NCBI GenBank assembly: GCA_958477305.1
Contig: CAUEFI010000004.1
Location: forward strand, 114,770-178,769
Direction of reading: 5' to 3'
Length of the DNA: 64,000 nt
Source of the DNA: an uncultured Oscillospiraceae bacterium
Lineage (GTDB): Bacteria; Bacillota; Clostridia; Oscillospirales; Oscillospiraceae
The translations under genes and the position numbers were made by a program. Positions 55,123-64,000 of the stretch are shown here, piece after piece. The notes beneath the pieces are model-generated. The model was not told the origin of the DNA and made no database searches. It saw only the letters and a program-made list of their open reading frames with translations. Numbering within the stretch: the first letter of the stretch is position 1; each line of letters opens with the position of its first letter.

Positions 55123-56591
55123 TGCCTCCCCCCGTCATAAACCAGCCTGCCGGGATTCATCACGTTGTTTTCGTCAAAGAAGCGCTTGATCACCGGCATC
55201 ACTGTCTTTTGATCGGTACAGCGGTTGTAGATTTTTTCTACAAGGCTCCCGTAAGGGCGGCTAAAAAATGCCTTGTTGTCCAGCAGGACGATACCAAGGA
55301 GCTTTTCCAATTTAGCCGCTGTTTCCCGGTCCGCTTGGATGATAAATTCGATGTGACAGTTCCGGCCCATCTGGGAGGGCTGGGCGTATACACACAGATC
55401 CTCCCGCCTCAGTCCACACTTTTCCGCCGCCGCCTCAGCCAAACCGCTGTAAAAACCGATTTTGTCCATGGTACTCAAGAAGAAGAGGTCCAAGATCTCC
55501 TTCCCGTTCCGCTGTCGCCAATACGCGCCCTTGTCGGAGGAACCGCACAGGACCGCGGCGATCCGCTCGTTGGAGAGGCCCAGCAGGCTGTCCTGCACGG
55601 CCAGGCCAAAGCCCCCGGCGATATCCGCCATATCGGCCAGCTGGTTGTCCCGGTACCGCTCCGGGAAGAAGCGGAAACCCCGTACCGTGGTCAGGTAGGT
55701 CCACTGGGGCATATTGGCTGTGGCGGCCGGATCCACGCCCAGAAGCTGCGCCAAGCCCTTCCGGTTGAGCAGGACGGACTCCTCCCCCAGTCTCCGCCGG
55801 ATTATCTGGGATACACAGTCTGCCAGGGTGTTGATATCGTCGGACTGGAGATAGGCTGGAGTACTAACGGTCCCGATTGGACGCACCTTGACGGAGGCCC
55901 AGGTGACGATGGCCAGTGTGCCCTGGGATCCGGTGATCACCCGGCCTAGGTCCAGCCACACAGGCCCCTGCGCCTGATTGATGCCGCAGCCCGATTCAAT
56001 CATTTCCTCCAGCGTGCCGGGACCGGCGGCAGAGCCAGTGCGGAACAGCGCGCCGTTTCCCATGATCATCTCCACACAGCACAGGGGATCGGGCACATCC
56101 CACAGGTGCTTGGCGGTCAGCACGGGATCGCGGTCCAGTAGGCTGGCTATCACCGACTTTTCCGCCCGGGGAGCCAGGGGATGCTCACAGTAGAGACCGT
56201 AAGGCTTCAGAGCCTGGTTGAGCTGATCGTAGGTGACGCCCGCCTCAAGGATTGCCATATTGTTCTTGGGGTCGATATGCATAATTTTGTTCATCCGGGA
56301 CAGGTTGACTGCTACACATTCCGCGCCCACCGCGGGCAGTGAGGCTCCGCTGGTGCTCTCCAAGCCCTGACTGGAGCGGACCGCCAGGGAGATATGGTGC
56401 TCATTGGCCAGACGTACAATCTCCTGCACCTGTTCGGAACAGGTGGGGAAGAGAACGGCCAGCGGGGGTTCCGCAGGGACCCGGCTGCGGTTGTCCGCCG
56501 TGCAGGCCGCGCAGATGTGGGGTTCTGTACGGATCTCCGGAGGATTTTGGACGGCGAAAAGGGATTTGATGTACGATTCCATGTTGCTCAT
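55119..56591 (-). CDS. FAD-linked oxidase (GlcD/GlcE-like), second paralogue
   Basis: FAD_binding_4-like. The likely start MSNMESY overlaps the upstream stop. Confidence 0.65.
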   Translation of the reverse strand: MSNMESYIKSLFAVQNPPEIRTEPHICAACTADNRSRVPAEPPLAVLFPTCSEQVQEIVRLANEHHISLAVRSSQGLESTSGASLPAVGAECVAVNLSRMNKIMHIDPKNNMAILEAGVTYDQLNQALKPYGLYCEHPLAPRAEKSVIASLLDRDPVLTAKHLWDVPDPLCCVEMIMGNGALFRTGSAAGPGTLEEMIESGCGINQAQGPVWLDLGRVITGSQGTLAIVTWASVKVRPIGTVSTPAYLQSDDINTLADCVSQIIRRRLGEESVLLNRKGLAQLLGVDPAATANMPQWTYLTTVRGFRFFPERYRDNQLADMADIAGGFGLAVQDSLLGLSNERIAAVLCGSSDKGAYWRQRNGKEILDLFFLSTMDKIGFYSGLAEAAAEKCGLRREDLCVYAQPSQMGRNCHIEFIIQADRETAAKLEKLLGIVLLDNKAFFSRPYGSLVEKIYNRCTDQKTVMPVIKRFFDENNVMNPGRLVYDGGRQ

Positions 56592-57082
56592 GTGCAAGGT
56601 TTCCCCCCTACTTTTGTTTTGACCTGGACCATCGCCGCATCGGTAGCTAGGAATTTGATGCACTGCCCCAGTGTGTACAGCAGGCGGTCCAGTGCAGCTG
56701 TACCGATCCGCGCTACCAGGATTGCCTGATAGCGCTCGAAATAGCGATCTCCGCTGCCGGGAAGAGGCAGACAGCCCCTCCAGACCGCAAAGACGCCCAT
56801 TTCCTGGAGATTCCGCACCGCCCGGAATAATTCCCCGCTGGTGAACGCCGCGGGCTCCCAGTGCTGCTCATCCGCCATATAGCGAAACACGGGAGCCAAA
56901 CTGTACAGCACTTCGTCCAGCCGCTCCAGATCCACATATTCCAGCAGCGCGCTCTGGATGGACTCAAAGAAGCGCTCTCCCGGCGCGATGCGCCCATGCA
57001 TCAGCGGCAGCAGCTCCAATACGCCCGCTTTCTGCGCATTCCACGCAGTGCGAAAGATATCACCTGCATCCAGCTTGATCAA
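56588..57082 (-). CDS. hypothetical protein, first gene of the oxidase operon
   Basis: 164-aa ORF whose stop overlaps the next start (ATGA). Confidence 0.4.
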   Translation of the reverse strand: MIKLDAGDIFRTAWNAQKAGVLELLPLMHGRIAPGERFFESIQSALLEYVDLERLDEVLYSLAPVFRYMADEQHWEPAAFTSGELFRAVRNLQEMGVFAVWRGCLPLPGSGDRYFERYQAILVARIGTAALDRLLYTLGQCIKFLATDAAMVQVKTKVGGKPCT

Positions 57083-57273
57083 TCCTGCTCACTCCTTTGC
57101 CTTCTTTTTGGCGGGGATATGCTCCCCGCACGTCCGGCAAGTTCAGCATACCCCATCACAGGTATGTTTGTGAAATAGCGAAGTGGAAAACCTTTATGCT
57201 GTTTCTGACTAACGGCTTTACAACTGCGCGCTAGGTGGTGTACACTATGTACAAAGAAAAGGAGGGACGCGGC

Positions 57274-58182
57274 ATGAACCTGGCGATGCTCCGAGAGCTG
57301 GTGGACTTGGCCTATACGCTCAATTTCAGTGAAACTGCCAGCCGTCTGTACATCTCCCAGCCCACGCTCTCCAAGCATATCAGCGCCATCGAAAACGAGC
57401 TCGGCGTACAGCTCTTTATCCGCACCAAGCAGCATGTGCGCATTACCGAGGCGGGCACCCGGTTCTGTGAAAAGATGCGCCGGATGGTGGCGCTCTATGA
57501 TGAGGCCGCCTATGAGCTGCGCAATACGCTGGAGCATATGGAGGGCACCCTACGGGTGGGGTTTCTGGACGCGGCGGTGCGCGGCATCCTCAGCCCGTGC
57601 CTCCAGCAGTTCCGGGCGCAGTATCCCAATATCAATCTGGTGCTCCAGTCCGGTGAATTGGGGGACATCGACCGGGCAGTCAAGCGGGACGAGCTGGATC
57701 TGTGCCTGACCATCCTGTTTTCCAACTCCACCCTGCCCCCGGAGTGGCATTTTGAGCCCCTCTATGATGACGGCTTGGCAGCGGTGATCCCGCTAGACAA
57801 TCCGCTGTCCGGCCGGGATCGGGTGCGGTTTTCTGAGCTGATGGATTATCCCCTGGGCCTGCCCGATCCCCACCAGTACCCCGACTATGCCCGTCTGCTG
57901 ATGGAGATGGAGGCGGCCTCAGGACGGAAAGCGCAGGTAGTATGCGAGTTCTCCCATGTGGATACAGCCGCAATTCTCTCGGAATCGGGCAGCGCTATTA
58001 CTGTCCTCCCCGCCCATCTCTGTCTCTATCCGCACTATGCCCATTTTATCCCGCTGGACGAGCCGTCGGCTGTGCTCCGCATTGGCGCCCTCTGGCGGGT
58101 GGCTAACCATACGCCGGGTCTGCTCCAGCTTGTGGATCTGCTGTGCGCCGCCGTGCAGGAAGTAGAAATGCCGCCGAGGTAA
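57274..58182 (+). CDS. LysR-family transcriptional regulator (divergent from the oxidase operon)
   Basis: MNLAMLRELVDLAYTLNFSETASRLYISQPTLSKHISAIENEL after an AAGGAGGG RBS. Confidence 0.8.
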   Translation: MNLAMLRELVDLAYTLNFSETASRLYISQPTLSKHISAIENELGVQLFIRTKQHVRITEAGTRFCEKMRRMVALYDEAAYELRNTLEHMEGTLRVGFLDAAVRGILSPCLQQFRAQYPNINLVLQSGELGDIDRAVKRDELDLCLTILFSNSTLPPEWHFEPLYDDGLAAVIPLDNPLSGRDRVRFSELMDYPLGLPDPHQYPDYARLLMEMEAASGRKAQVVCEFSHVDTAAILSESGSAITVLPAHLCLYPHYAHFIPLDEPSAVLRIGALWRVANHTPGLLQLVDLLCAAVQEVEMPPR

Positions 58183-58187
58183 AGAAA

Positions 58188-58214
58188 AAAGCGCGGAAAA
58201 CCGCGCTTTTCAAG
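58188..58214. terminator. bidirectional rho-independent terminator
   Basis: aaaaaagcgcggaaaaccgcgctttt. Confidence 0.7.
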
Positions 58215-58521
58215 CCTCTCTCTTGCCTTCTGTATTCTTCTTTGTTTTCTGCATGGCAGTTTTTGAGTCGCCTGATCGCTCTTGACCCATCACTTGACCC
58301 AGAATGGGAAAAAGAGAGTGGGAGCAACGGAGGAAAGAGGGATGGAAAGTATTTGACTCCGGGTGAACCAACTCCGGAAAGCGTTGGAAAGATCCAAACT
58401 GCACTTCGGAGCGCAGTTCATAACCCGAATAAGTCCGGCGATTCACCGAAATTTGGCTGGCAACATACTCTTGGCTCCAGTCCCGATCTTCGCGGAGTGT
58501 CCGAATGTTAGGATGAACCAT
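58210..58521 (-). pseudogene. XRE-family HTH regulator, apparently degenerate after ~40 aa
   Basis: The N-terminus MVHPNIRTLREDRDWSQEYVASQISVNRRTYSGYE is a typical HTH. The rest of the frame is not protein-like and suggests a frameshift. Confidence 0.3.
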
Positions 58522-58556
58522 ATCAATTAGTCGAGCTGTCTACTCGACTGATTAAA

Positions 58557-58748
58557 ATGAAGATAAAAGTTCCCCCGGAAAACTGCTGTGAAACCTGCCG
58601 CCATTTTTTTCGCCATTACACGAAGGGCAAGGGCAAATATTATGCTACAGGCTTCGGCCACTGCAGCAAGCCCCGGATCAAGGTCCGCCGCCTGTGGGAT
58701 GGCTGTCCCCGCTGGGCGACGGAGCAAGAAGAGAGCGCCGGACGCTGA
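58557..58748 (+). CDS. small Cys-rich protein (possible zinc ribbon), weak translation signals
   Basis: MKIKVPPENCCETCRHFF...GHCSKPRIKVRRLWDGCPRW. It has no clear RBS and a hairpin at 58531-58557 abuts its start. Confidence 0.2.
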   Translation: MKIKVPPENCCETCRHFFRHYTKGKGKYYATGFGHCSKPRIKVRRLWDGCPRWATEQEESAGR

Positions 58749-58779
58749 CGCATCCGGCGCTTCTCTGCAAATCTGGCGG

Positions 58780-60213
58780 TTACTTCTCTGCTTCCGCGGA
58801 GGTGTTCTGGGGAGCCTCCCCCGGCGCGGGAATTGGGGCGGCCGCCTCCTGCTTTTTGCCCAGGAACTCAGGCAGGTTCATCCCGGCCATGTCAAACATT
58901 TCGCTCATGGGGGGAATGGTCTTCATCAGGCCGGAGACAAAGCCGGCGGTGGCGGTCTTGCCGTCCCTGCCCTCTCCGCCGTCCCAGACGGTGACCTTGT
59001 CAATCTTCACGTTCTTGACGGCGTCCACCTGGATGCGCATGAGCTCCTCCATCTTGTCGGCCAGCATCAGGCGCAGGGCGTCGTTGGCGTCCCCGCCGGC
59101 GGCGGCCACGATCTCCTTCAGGCCCTCGGCCTGCTTGAGGAGGATGGCCTGGGCGCCGCTGGCCTCGGCCTCCATCTTGAGGCGGATGGCGTCGGCCTCA
59201 CCCTTGGCCTTCCGGCGGATCTGCTCGGCCTCGGCCTCAGCCTCCAGTTCCTTCTTGCGCTTTTCAATCTCGGTCTTGACGATGACGTCGGCCTCGGCGG
59301 TGGCCTTTTCACGGGCGGCGCGGGCGGCCTCGGCCTTCTGTTCGGCGGCATAGGCCTCCTCCAGGGCCTGGGCCGCGGCGATTTTCTCGGCGGCGGTGGC
59401 GATGCGGGTGGCCTCGGCCTCCTTCTCGCGGCGCTGGGCGTTGGACATGGCCACCTCCACCTTGGCGGCGTTCTCGCCCTGGATGGCGGTGGCGTCGGCC
59501 TGGGCCACCTGGACGCGCTGGTCCTTGCGGGCATTGGCCTCGCCGATGGAGCCGTCGCGGTCTTTCTCAGCCACATTTTTCTTGGCGTCGTTGATGGCCT
59601 TGGCGGCGGCCTCCTTGCCCAGCGCGTCGATGTAGCCGCTCTCGTCTGAGATATCGGTGACATTCACGTTGATGAGCCGCAGGCCGATCTTCTTGAGCTC
59701 GCCCTCCACGTTGCGGGAGACGGCCTCCAGGAACTTGTCCCGGTCGGTGTTGATCTCCTCGATGTCCATGGTGGCGATGACCAGACGCAGCTGTCCGAAG
59801 ATAATATCCTTGGCCAGCTCCTGGATCTCCTGGAGGCGCAGGCCCAGCAGGCGCTCGGCGGCATTCTGCATAACCCCGGGCTCAGTGGAGATGCCTACGG
59901 TAAAACGGCTGGGGACATTGATGCGGATGTTCTGACGGGACAGGGCGTTTTCCAGGTCTACCGAAATGGACAGTGGGGTCAGATCCAGGAACTCGTAGGC
60001 CTGGATGACAGGCCAGATAAAGGCCGCGCCGCCATGAATACACTTGGCGGATTTGGTGGTGCCGTCCTTGTTGCTGCCTACTTTACCATAGATGACCATG
60101 ACCTTGTCCGAAGGGCACTTCTTATAGCGCTTGATGAGGAAAACCAGCAGAGAGAAGATGATTACGACGATGACACAGGTGAGTACAATTCCAAAAATTC
60201 CGTCAAAGGGCAT
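58780..60213 (-). CDS. floT: flotillin-family SPFH/band-7 protein
   Basis: An N-terminal TM segment, an SPFH domain and a long Ala/Glu-rich coiled coil. Confidence 0.85.
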   Translation of the reverse strand: MPFDGIFGIVLTCVIVVIIFSLLVFLIKRYKKCPSDKVMVIYGKVGSNKDGTTKSAKCIHGGAAFIWPVIQAYEFLDLTPLSISVDLENALSRQNIRINVPSRFTVGISTEPGVMQNAAERLLGLRLQEIQELAKDIIFGQLRLVIATMDIEEINTDRDKFLEAVSRNVEGELKKIGLRLINVNVTDISDESGYIDALGKEAAAKAINDAKKNVAEKDRDGSIGEANARKDQRVQVAQADATAIQGENAAKVEVAMSNAQRREKEAEATRIATAAEKIAAAQALEEAYAAEQKAEAARAAREKATAEADVIVKTEIEKRKKELEAEAEAEQIRRKAKGEADAIRLKMEAEASGAQAILLKQAEGLKEIVAAAGGDANDALRLMLADKMEELMRIQVDAVKNVKIDKVTVWDGGEGRDGKTATAGFVSGLMKTIPPMSEMFDMAGMNLPEFLGKKQEAAAPIPAPGEAPQNTSAEAEK

Positions 60214-60235
60214 GTTTACCTCTCTTTCTTTTTTG

Positions 60236-60925
60236 TCAGGTTGATTGGGACGTCAATTCTTGTACGAGCAGTGTTTCTTCGAGAAGACCAACGACCAGGA
60301 TGGGGGCGCCTGTAGGGATGGAGCGATGGCTGTCGGTCTGGGCCTCAAATTCCCGCAGCTGTTCCTGAACCAGGACGGTGACCTTACCGGTTCCGGAACG
60401 GGCGGCAGGCACGGTCAGATAGACCTCGCCGGTCCGGCCCAGAGCGTTGCGCGGGTCCAGGGTACCGTCGTACTGGAGGCGCAGGGCCTCGCGGACGATG
60501 AGAGCGATGGCAACCATGCCCGCAAAGCCGATGGGGACGGCCAGGAATACTGCCGCAAAGCCGGGCAGACCCAACTGACACAGCCACAGCGCGCCCCAGC
60601 TGAACAGGGTCAGGAAGGCGATAATGCCGCGGATGGTAAAGAGGTGGAGAGAGCCGGATGCATGCACCGGATGCTCGCCTTCGCTGCCGTCCATACCTTC
60701 AAAGGAGCCGCTTTCCGCGGCGGTGTCGGTACCGGCGTCCGGATCTCCGGCGCCGTCCAAATCGCCGCCCAGATCGGTATCCGGGCTGTCTCCGCAATCT
60801 TCGCCGCCCAGGCCGCCGCCCACAAAGAGAAGAATGGTTTGAATGACCAGGATCAGGGTTGCGGGAATGGCGATGTAGAGCAGTGCGTGTTCTAAAGTGG
60901 TGAGCGACTGCCACCATGCGGTCAT
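60236..60925 (-). CDS. NfeD-family membrane protein (flotillin partner, YuaF-like)
   Basis: TM helices plus a C-terminal OB-fold-like segment, immediately upstream of the flotillin gene. Confidence 0.7.
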   Translation of the reverse strand: MTAWWQSLTTLEHALLYIAIPATLILVIQTILLFVGGGLGGEDCGDSPDTDLGGDLDGAGDPDAGTDTAAESGSFEGMDGSEGEHPVHASGSLHLFTIRGIIAFLTLFSWGALWLCQLGLPGFAAVFLAVPIGFAGMVAIALIVREALRLQYDGTLDPRNALGRTGEVYLTVPAARSGTGKVTVLVQEQLREFEAQTDSHRSIPTGAPILVVGLLEETLLVQELTSQST

Positions 60926-61012
60926 AGGGGATCCCTCCTTTCAGGTGATGCATATATATGGAAACAGCGGCTTCGCTCTGTAAACGTGGCAGGCCGCTGT
61001 TTTCTGACACGT

Positions 61013-61579
61013 TCAGGCTAGATTTTCCAGGAGATGTTCGGCCTCACGCTTGAGCCGGGCGGCCAGATAGGCCGTCAGGATGACGTGGAGGACCCGCGCC
61101 ACTCTGTCCCGGGCGCCCGGAACAGGTTCGCTATAGTCGGATACCGCCGCCTCACACCACTTCCGGGCCTCCTCAGGACCGGAAGGAGGGCGCTGCTCTG
61201 TACGGGCGGTAAGGCGTATCAAATAGAGGTAGAGCCGGAAGTCGTCGATGAGGTCGTCTCCCTCGTCGTCCAGACGTCCGTTGACATAGGCAAGGAGTGT
61301 ACAAATTTTATCCAGCTGCATGGAGTCCTTGAGCATATTGATGATGACAATGCGGGAAAACTGGCGGCGGGTGTACCGCTTGCGTTCCGGCGGAGCGAGA
61401 AAGCCCCGGCGGACCCAATTTTGAATCATATAGGGCTCCAGCCCTGTCAGGCCGGAGACTTGGGAGAGCGTCAGCCCTCCTGCCAGAAAGAGAGAAGATA
61501 AGGTCTTCTCAGCTTCTTCCAGACGGCTCCAATCGAATTCAAGCGTGGTTCCCGGCAATGTCTTCAGCATGGGGTTCAC
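61013..61579 (-). CDS. DUF1836-like protein
   Basis: GLTLSQVSGLTGLEPYMIQNWVRRGFLAPPERKRY segment. Confidence 0.4.
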   Translation of the reverse strand: MNPMLKTLPGTTLEFDWSRLEEAEKTLSSLFLAGGLTLSQVSGLTGLEPYMIQNWVRRGFLAPPERKRYTRRQFSRIVIINMLKDSMQLDKICTLLAYVNGRLDDEGDDLIDDFRLYLYLIRLTARTEQRPPSGPEEARKWCEAAVSDYSEPVPGARDRVARVLHVILTAYLAARLKREAEHLLENLA

Positions 61580-61881
61580 TCCTTTGCTCTGCTGTCAGCA
61601 TGAGTATATAATACAATCAAATGATTGTCAATAGGAATCTTGAGATTTTTATAAACTGTGCTATCCGCGAAACTAGGTCTTGTTTGAAACATGTCAACAT
61701 GCCCAACCGGCAGGCCTTTTGACCGCTGGACGGCGCAATTTTTCCTTGAAATCCGTCAGGATTCCGGCGAAAAAATTGCTTGCCAGCGGACCAAAATCCC
61801 TCGCCGCTGGGCACATCGCCAATTTTCAAACAAGCCCTAGAGACATGGAAAAAAGAATCCCATATTTTCGTAATTTTTTTC

Positions 61882-61910
61882 TTTACAGCCGGGAAAAACT
61901 ATGGTATAGT
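61882..61910 (+). promoter_or_regulatory. rpsO promoter (-35 TTTACA, N17, extended -10 TGgTATAGT)
   Basis: tttacagccgggaaaaactatggtatagt. Confidence 0.5.
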
Positions 61911-62038
61911 GCTAGAGCATGTAAAGATGCCGAGATTGCCCCGCGACTTAGTTTCGGGAGATAAGCCCGTGTTCCGGCGGGTATTCACCCGCCCGCTACT
62001 CAGTCCGAGGGTATGAAAAACGAAAGGTGGAAAGAACC

Positions 62039-62307
62039 ATGATTCGCAAGGACGAGAAGACGGCCGTCATTGAGGCCAACCGCACCCACCCCACCGATAC
62101 CGGTTCTCCGGAGGTGCAGATTGCCATTCTGACTGCCCGTATCAACGAGCTGACCGAGCATTTGAAGGTCCACAAGCATGACAACCACAGCCGCCGCGGC
62201 CTGTACAAGATGATTGGTAAGCGCCGCAAGATGCTGGACTATCTGATGGACAAGGATGTGGAGCGCTACCGCGCCACCATCGCCAAGCTGGGCATTCGCA
62301 AGTAAAA
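62039..62307 (+). CDS. rpsO: 30S ribosomal protein S15
   Basis: [12 protein letters not shown]...[26 protein letters not shown] 62039 follows an AAAGGTGG RBS. Confidence 0.9.
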
Positions 62308-62320
62308 AACAAATAGGGGC

Positions 62321-62397
62321 GGCGTGGTTTTCCGCGCCGCCCTTTCGGCTGTTGTATGCATCAGACTGTGTGCGGCAGAGCCAGCCGCTTTTTTAGC
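62321..62397 (+). terminator. two tandem rho-independent terminators after rpsO
   Basis: ggggcggcg...cgccgccc followed by tttcgg, then gcggc agagcca gccgc followed by tttttt. Confidence 0.6.
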
Positions 62398-62486
62398 AGT
62401 TGAACATGGGCCCGGGGGCCGGACGTATGTTCAAGTGCTAAAAAGCCGTGGGGCTCTGTCCGTACCGACAAAAAGGAGGACAAGCC

Positions 62487-64000
62487 ATGTCAACCATTAT
62501 CACCCACAAGGAATTCAAGAATCACAAGGTCTATAAAATGGATCTGTGCGGCCGGCCGCTCTCCATTGAGGTAGGCAAAATGGCCGAGCTGGCAAACGCC
62601 GCCTGTATGGTCACCTACGGAGAGACCTCAGTGCTGGTGGCCGTCTGCGTCAGCCCCCGCCCCAGGGACGGGGTGGACTTCTTCCCTCTGAGCGTGGATT
62701 TTGAGGAGAAGCTGTACGCCGTAGGCCGTATCCCCGGCTCTTTTATGAGACGCGAGGGCCAGCCCTCCCTCCCCGCCGTGTTGGCCAGCCGCCTCATTGA
62801 CCGGCCCATCCGGCCCCTCTTTCCCTACGACTTCCGCAACGACGTGGTAGTGACCTGCACTGTTATGAGTGTGGACTACGACTGTTCCCCCGAGGTGGCC
62901 GCCATGATCGGCGTGTCCGCCTGCCTGAGCTACTCCGAGATCCCCTGGGCGGGCCCCATCGGCTGCCTGGAGGTGGGCTATGTGGACGGCGAGATCGTCC
63001 TCAACCCCAACCAGGAGCAGAAACACGCCTCCCAGATGGACGTGACTGTGGCCGCCACCCAGGGCAAGGTGGTCATGATTGAGGCTGGCGCCAAGGAGAT
63101 CCCCGACGATATTATGTACGAGGGGATTGTGAAGGCCCACGAGGAGATCAAAAAGCAGGTGGCCTTTATCAACGGCATTGTGGCCGAGATCGGCAAGCCC
63201 AAGATGGAGTATGAGCACGCCGACTTCAATCAGGAGCTCTTCGACGACATTGTGGCCAACTTTATGGACGAGGCCAAGGCCGCCATGGACACCGACGACA
63301 AGAACGTCCGGGAGACCCGGTGGAACGCCATGATCGACAAGTGGCATGAGAAGTATCTGGAGCAGTACCCCGACATGGACAAGTACCTGGAGGAGTTCAC
63401 CTATAAATTCCAGAAGAAAATTGTCAAGGCATGGCTGCTGGAGGGCCACCGGGTAGACGGCCGTAAGAAAAACGAGATTCGTCCCCTGGCCGCCGAGGTG
63501 GGGGTTCTGCCCAGGGTCCACGGCTCGGGCATGTTTACCCGCGGCCAGACCCAGGTTCTCAGCGTGTGTACCCTGAATACGCTCTCCGCCTGCCAGAAAC
63601 TGGACACTATCTGGGAGGAGGACGAGAAGCGGTATATGCACCACTACAACTTCCCCTCCTACTCGGTAGGCGAGGCCCGGGGCGCACGGTCCACCAACCG
63701 CCGGGAGAAGGGGCACGGCGCTCTGGCTGAGCGGGCCCTGGAACCTGTCCTCCCCTCTGCTGAGGAGTTCCCCTATGCGATTCGCGTGGTCTCCGAGGTG
63801 CTCAGTTCCAATGGCTCCACCTCCCAGGGATCCATCTGTGGCTCTACTCTGGCTCTGATGGACGCCGGTGTTCCCATCAAGGCCCCTGTGGCCGGTATCT
63901 CCTCCGGCCTCATCCAAGATGACGACGGGTCCTTCCAGACCTTCATCGACATCCAGGGCGTGGAGGACTTCCACGGCGAGATGGACTTTAAGGTGGCCGG
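62487..64000 (+). CDS. pnp: polynucleotide phosphorylase (partial, continues beyond window)
   Basis: AAGGAGGA RBS. The N-terminal RNase PH domains are collinear with PNPase. Confidence 0.9.
   Translation, partial: MSTIITHKEFKNHKVYKMDLCGRPLSIEVGKMAELANAACMVTYGETSVLVAVCVSPRPRDGVDFFPLSVDFEEKLYAVGRIPGSFMRREGQPSLPAVLASRLIDRPIRPLFPYDFRNDVVVTCTVMSVDYDCSPEVAAMIGVSACLSYSEIPWAGPIGCLEVGYVDGEIVLNPNQEQKHASQMDVTVAATQGKVVMIEAGAKEIPDDIMYEGIVKAHEEIKKQVAFINGIVAEIGKPKMEYEHADFNQELFDDIVANFMDEAKAAMDTDDKNVRETRWNAMIDKWHEKYLEQYPDMDKYLEEFTYKFQKKIVKAWLLEGHRVDGRKKNEIRPLAAEVGVLPRVHGSGMFTRGQTQVLSVCTLNTLSACQKLDTIWEEDEKRYMHHYNFPSYSVGEARGARSTNRREKGHGALAERALEPVLPSAEEFPYAIRVVSEVLSSNGSTSQGSICGSTLALMDAGVPIKAPVAGISSGLIQDDDGSFQTFIDIQGVEDFHGEMDFKVA

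Noticed and set aside
1-64000. tRNA, rRNA, tmRNA, RNase P or CRISPR arrays
   Set aside because: - No T-loop-like GTTCGAATC/GTTCAAATC motifs, rRNA signatures or regularly spaced direct repeats were seen on inspection.
- The 48.6-49.5 kb ORF-free tract was examined specifically and none were found.

Overview
The window is high-GC Firmicutes (Clostridia-like) DNA with two parts. Positions 1-17.8 kb are the right arm of a PBSX/P2-like contractile-tail prophage or tail-like element, and the remaining ~46 kb is ordinary chromosome.

Prophage arm, in order:
- Tail tube C-terminus, then a tail assembly chaperone with a canonical -1 frameshift site (G GGT TTT) giving a gpG/gpGT-type pair.
- Tape measure, LysM protein, hub/baseplate genes (gpV-like, gp25/GPW, baseplate J, tail protein I).
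- A 903-aa tail fibre with four tandem ~79-aa Ig-like repeats.
- A protein with two CBM5/12 carbohydrate-binding modules.
- A lysis cassette: membrane proteins/holins and a CHAP endolysin with duplicated LysM domains.
- Small convergent peptide ORFs, two XRE regulators with operator-like palindromes, and an IS30-family transposase.

Most notable finding: the fibre gene is the target of a complete diversity-generating retroelement (DGR).
- Variable repeat at 9610-9737, the C-terminal codons of the fibre.
- Avd-like gene at 9829-10287.
- Template repeat at 10348-10474, ~127 nt and rich in AAC/AAT codons.
- Reverse transcriptase at 10689-11813, with YMDD and SQ motifs.
- All 17 template/variable mismatches sit at template adenines.
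- A GC hairpin with a GGAA loop lies just downstream of the variable repeat.

Chromosomal part, in order:
- A psuG-linked ABC transporter operon with a PucR-type regulator.
- A transporter and a cupin protein.
- An alanine-racemase homologue whose PLP lysine appears replaced by Thr, followed by dtd.
- MBL hydrolase, HemZ-like radical SAM enzyme, Udk-like kinase and Mrp/ApbC.
- An ECF sigma/anti-sigma pair, a LysR regulator and azlCD.
- A DagK-family kinase and a phosphoesterase.
- mnmG-mnmA, cinA, thiI and comM.
- nifJ (PFOR), followed by a duplicated copy of its own 3' end plus terminator and a ~950-nt ORF-poor tract.
- A LysR-controlled cluster of two FAD-linked oxidases, a GlcF-like Fe-S protein, an amine-oxidase-like flavoprotein and an oxalate/formate-type MFS transporter.
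- flotillin-nfeD, rpsO and the start of pnp.

No tRNA, rRNA or CRISPR array was seen.
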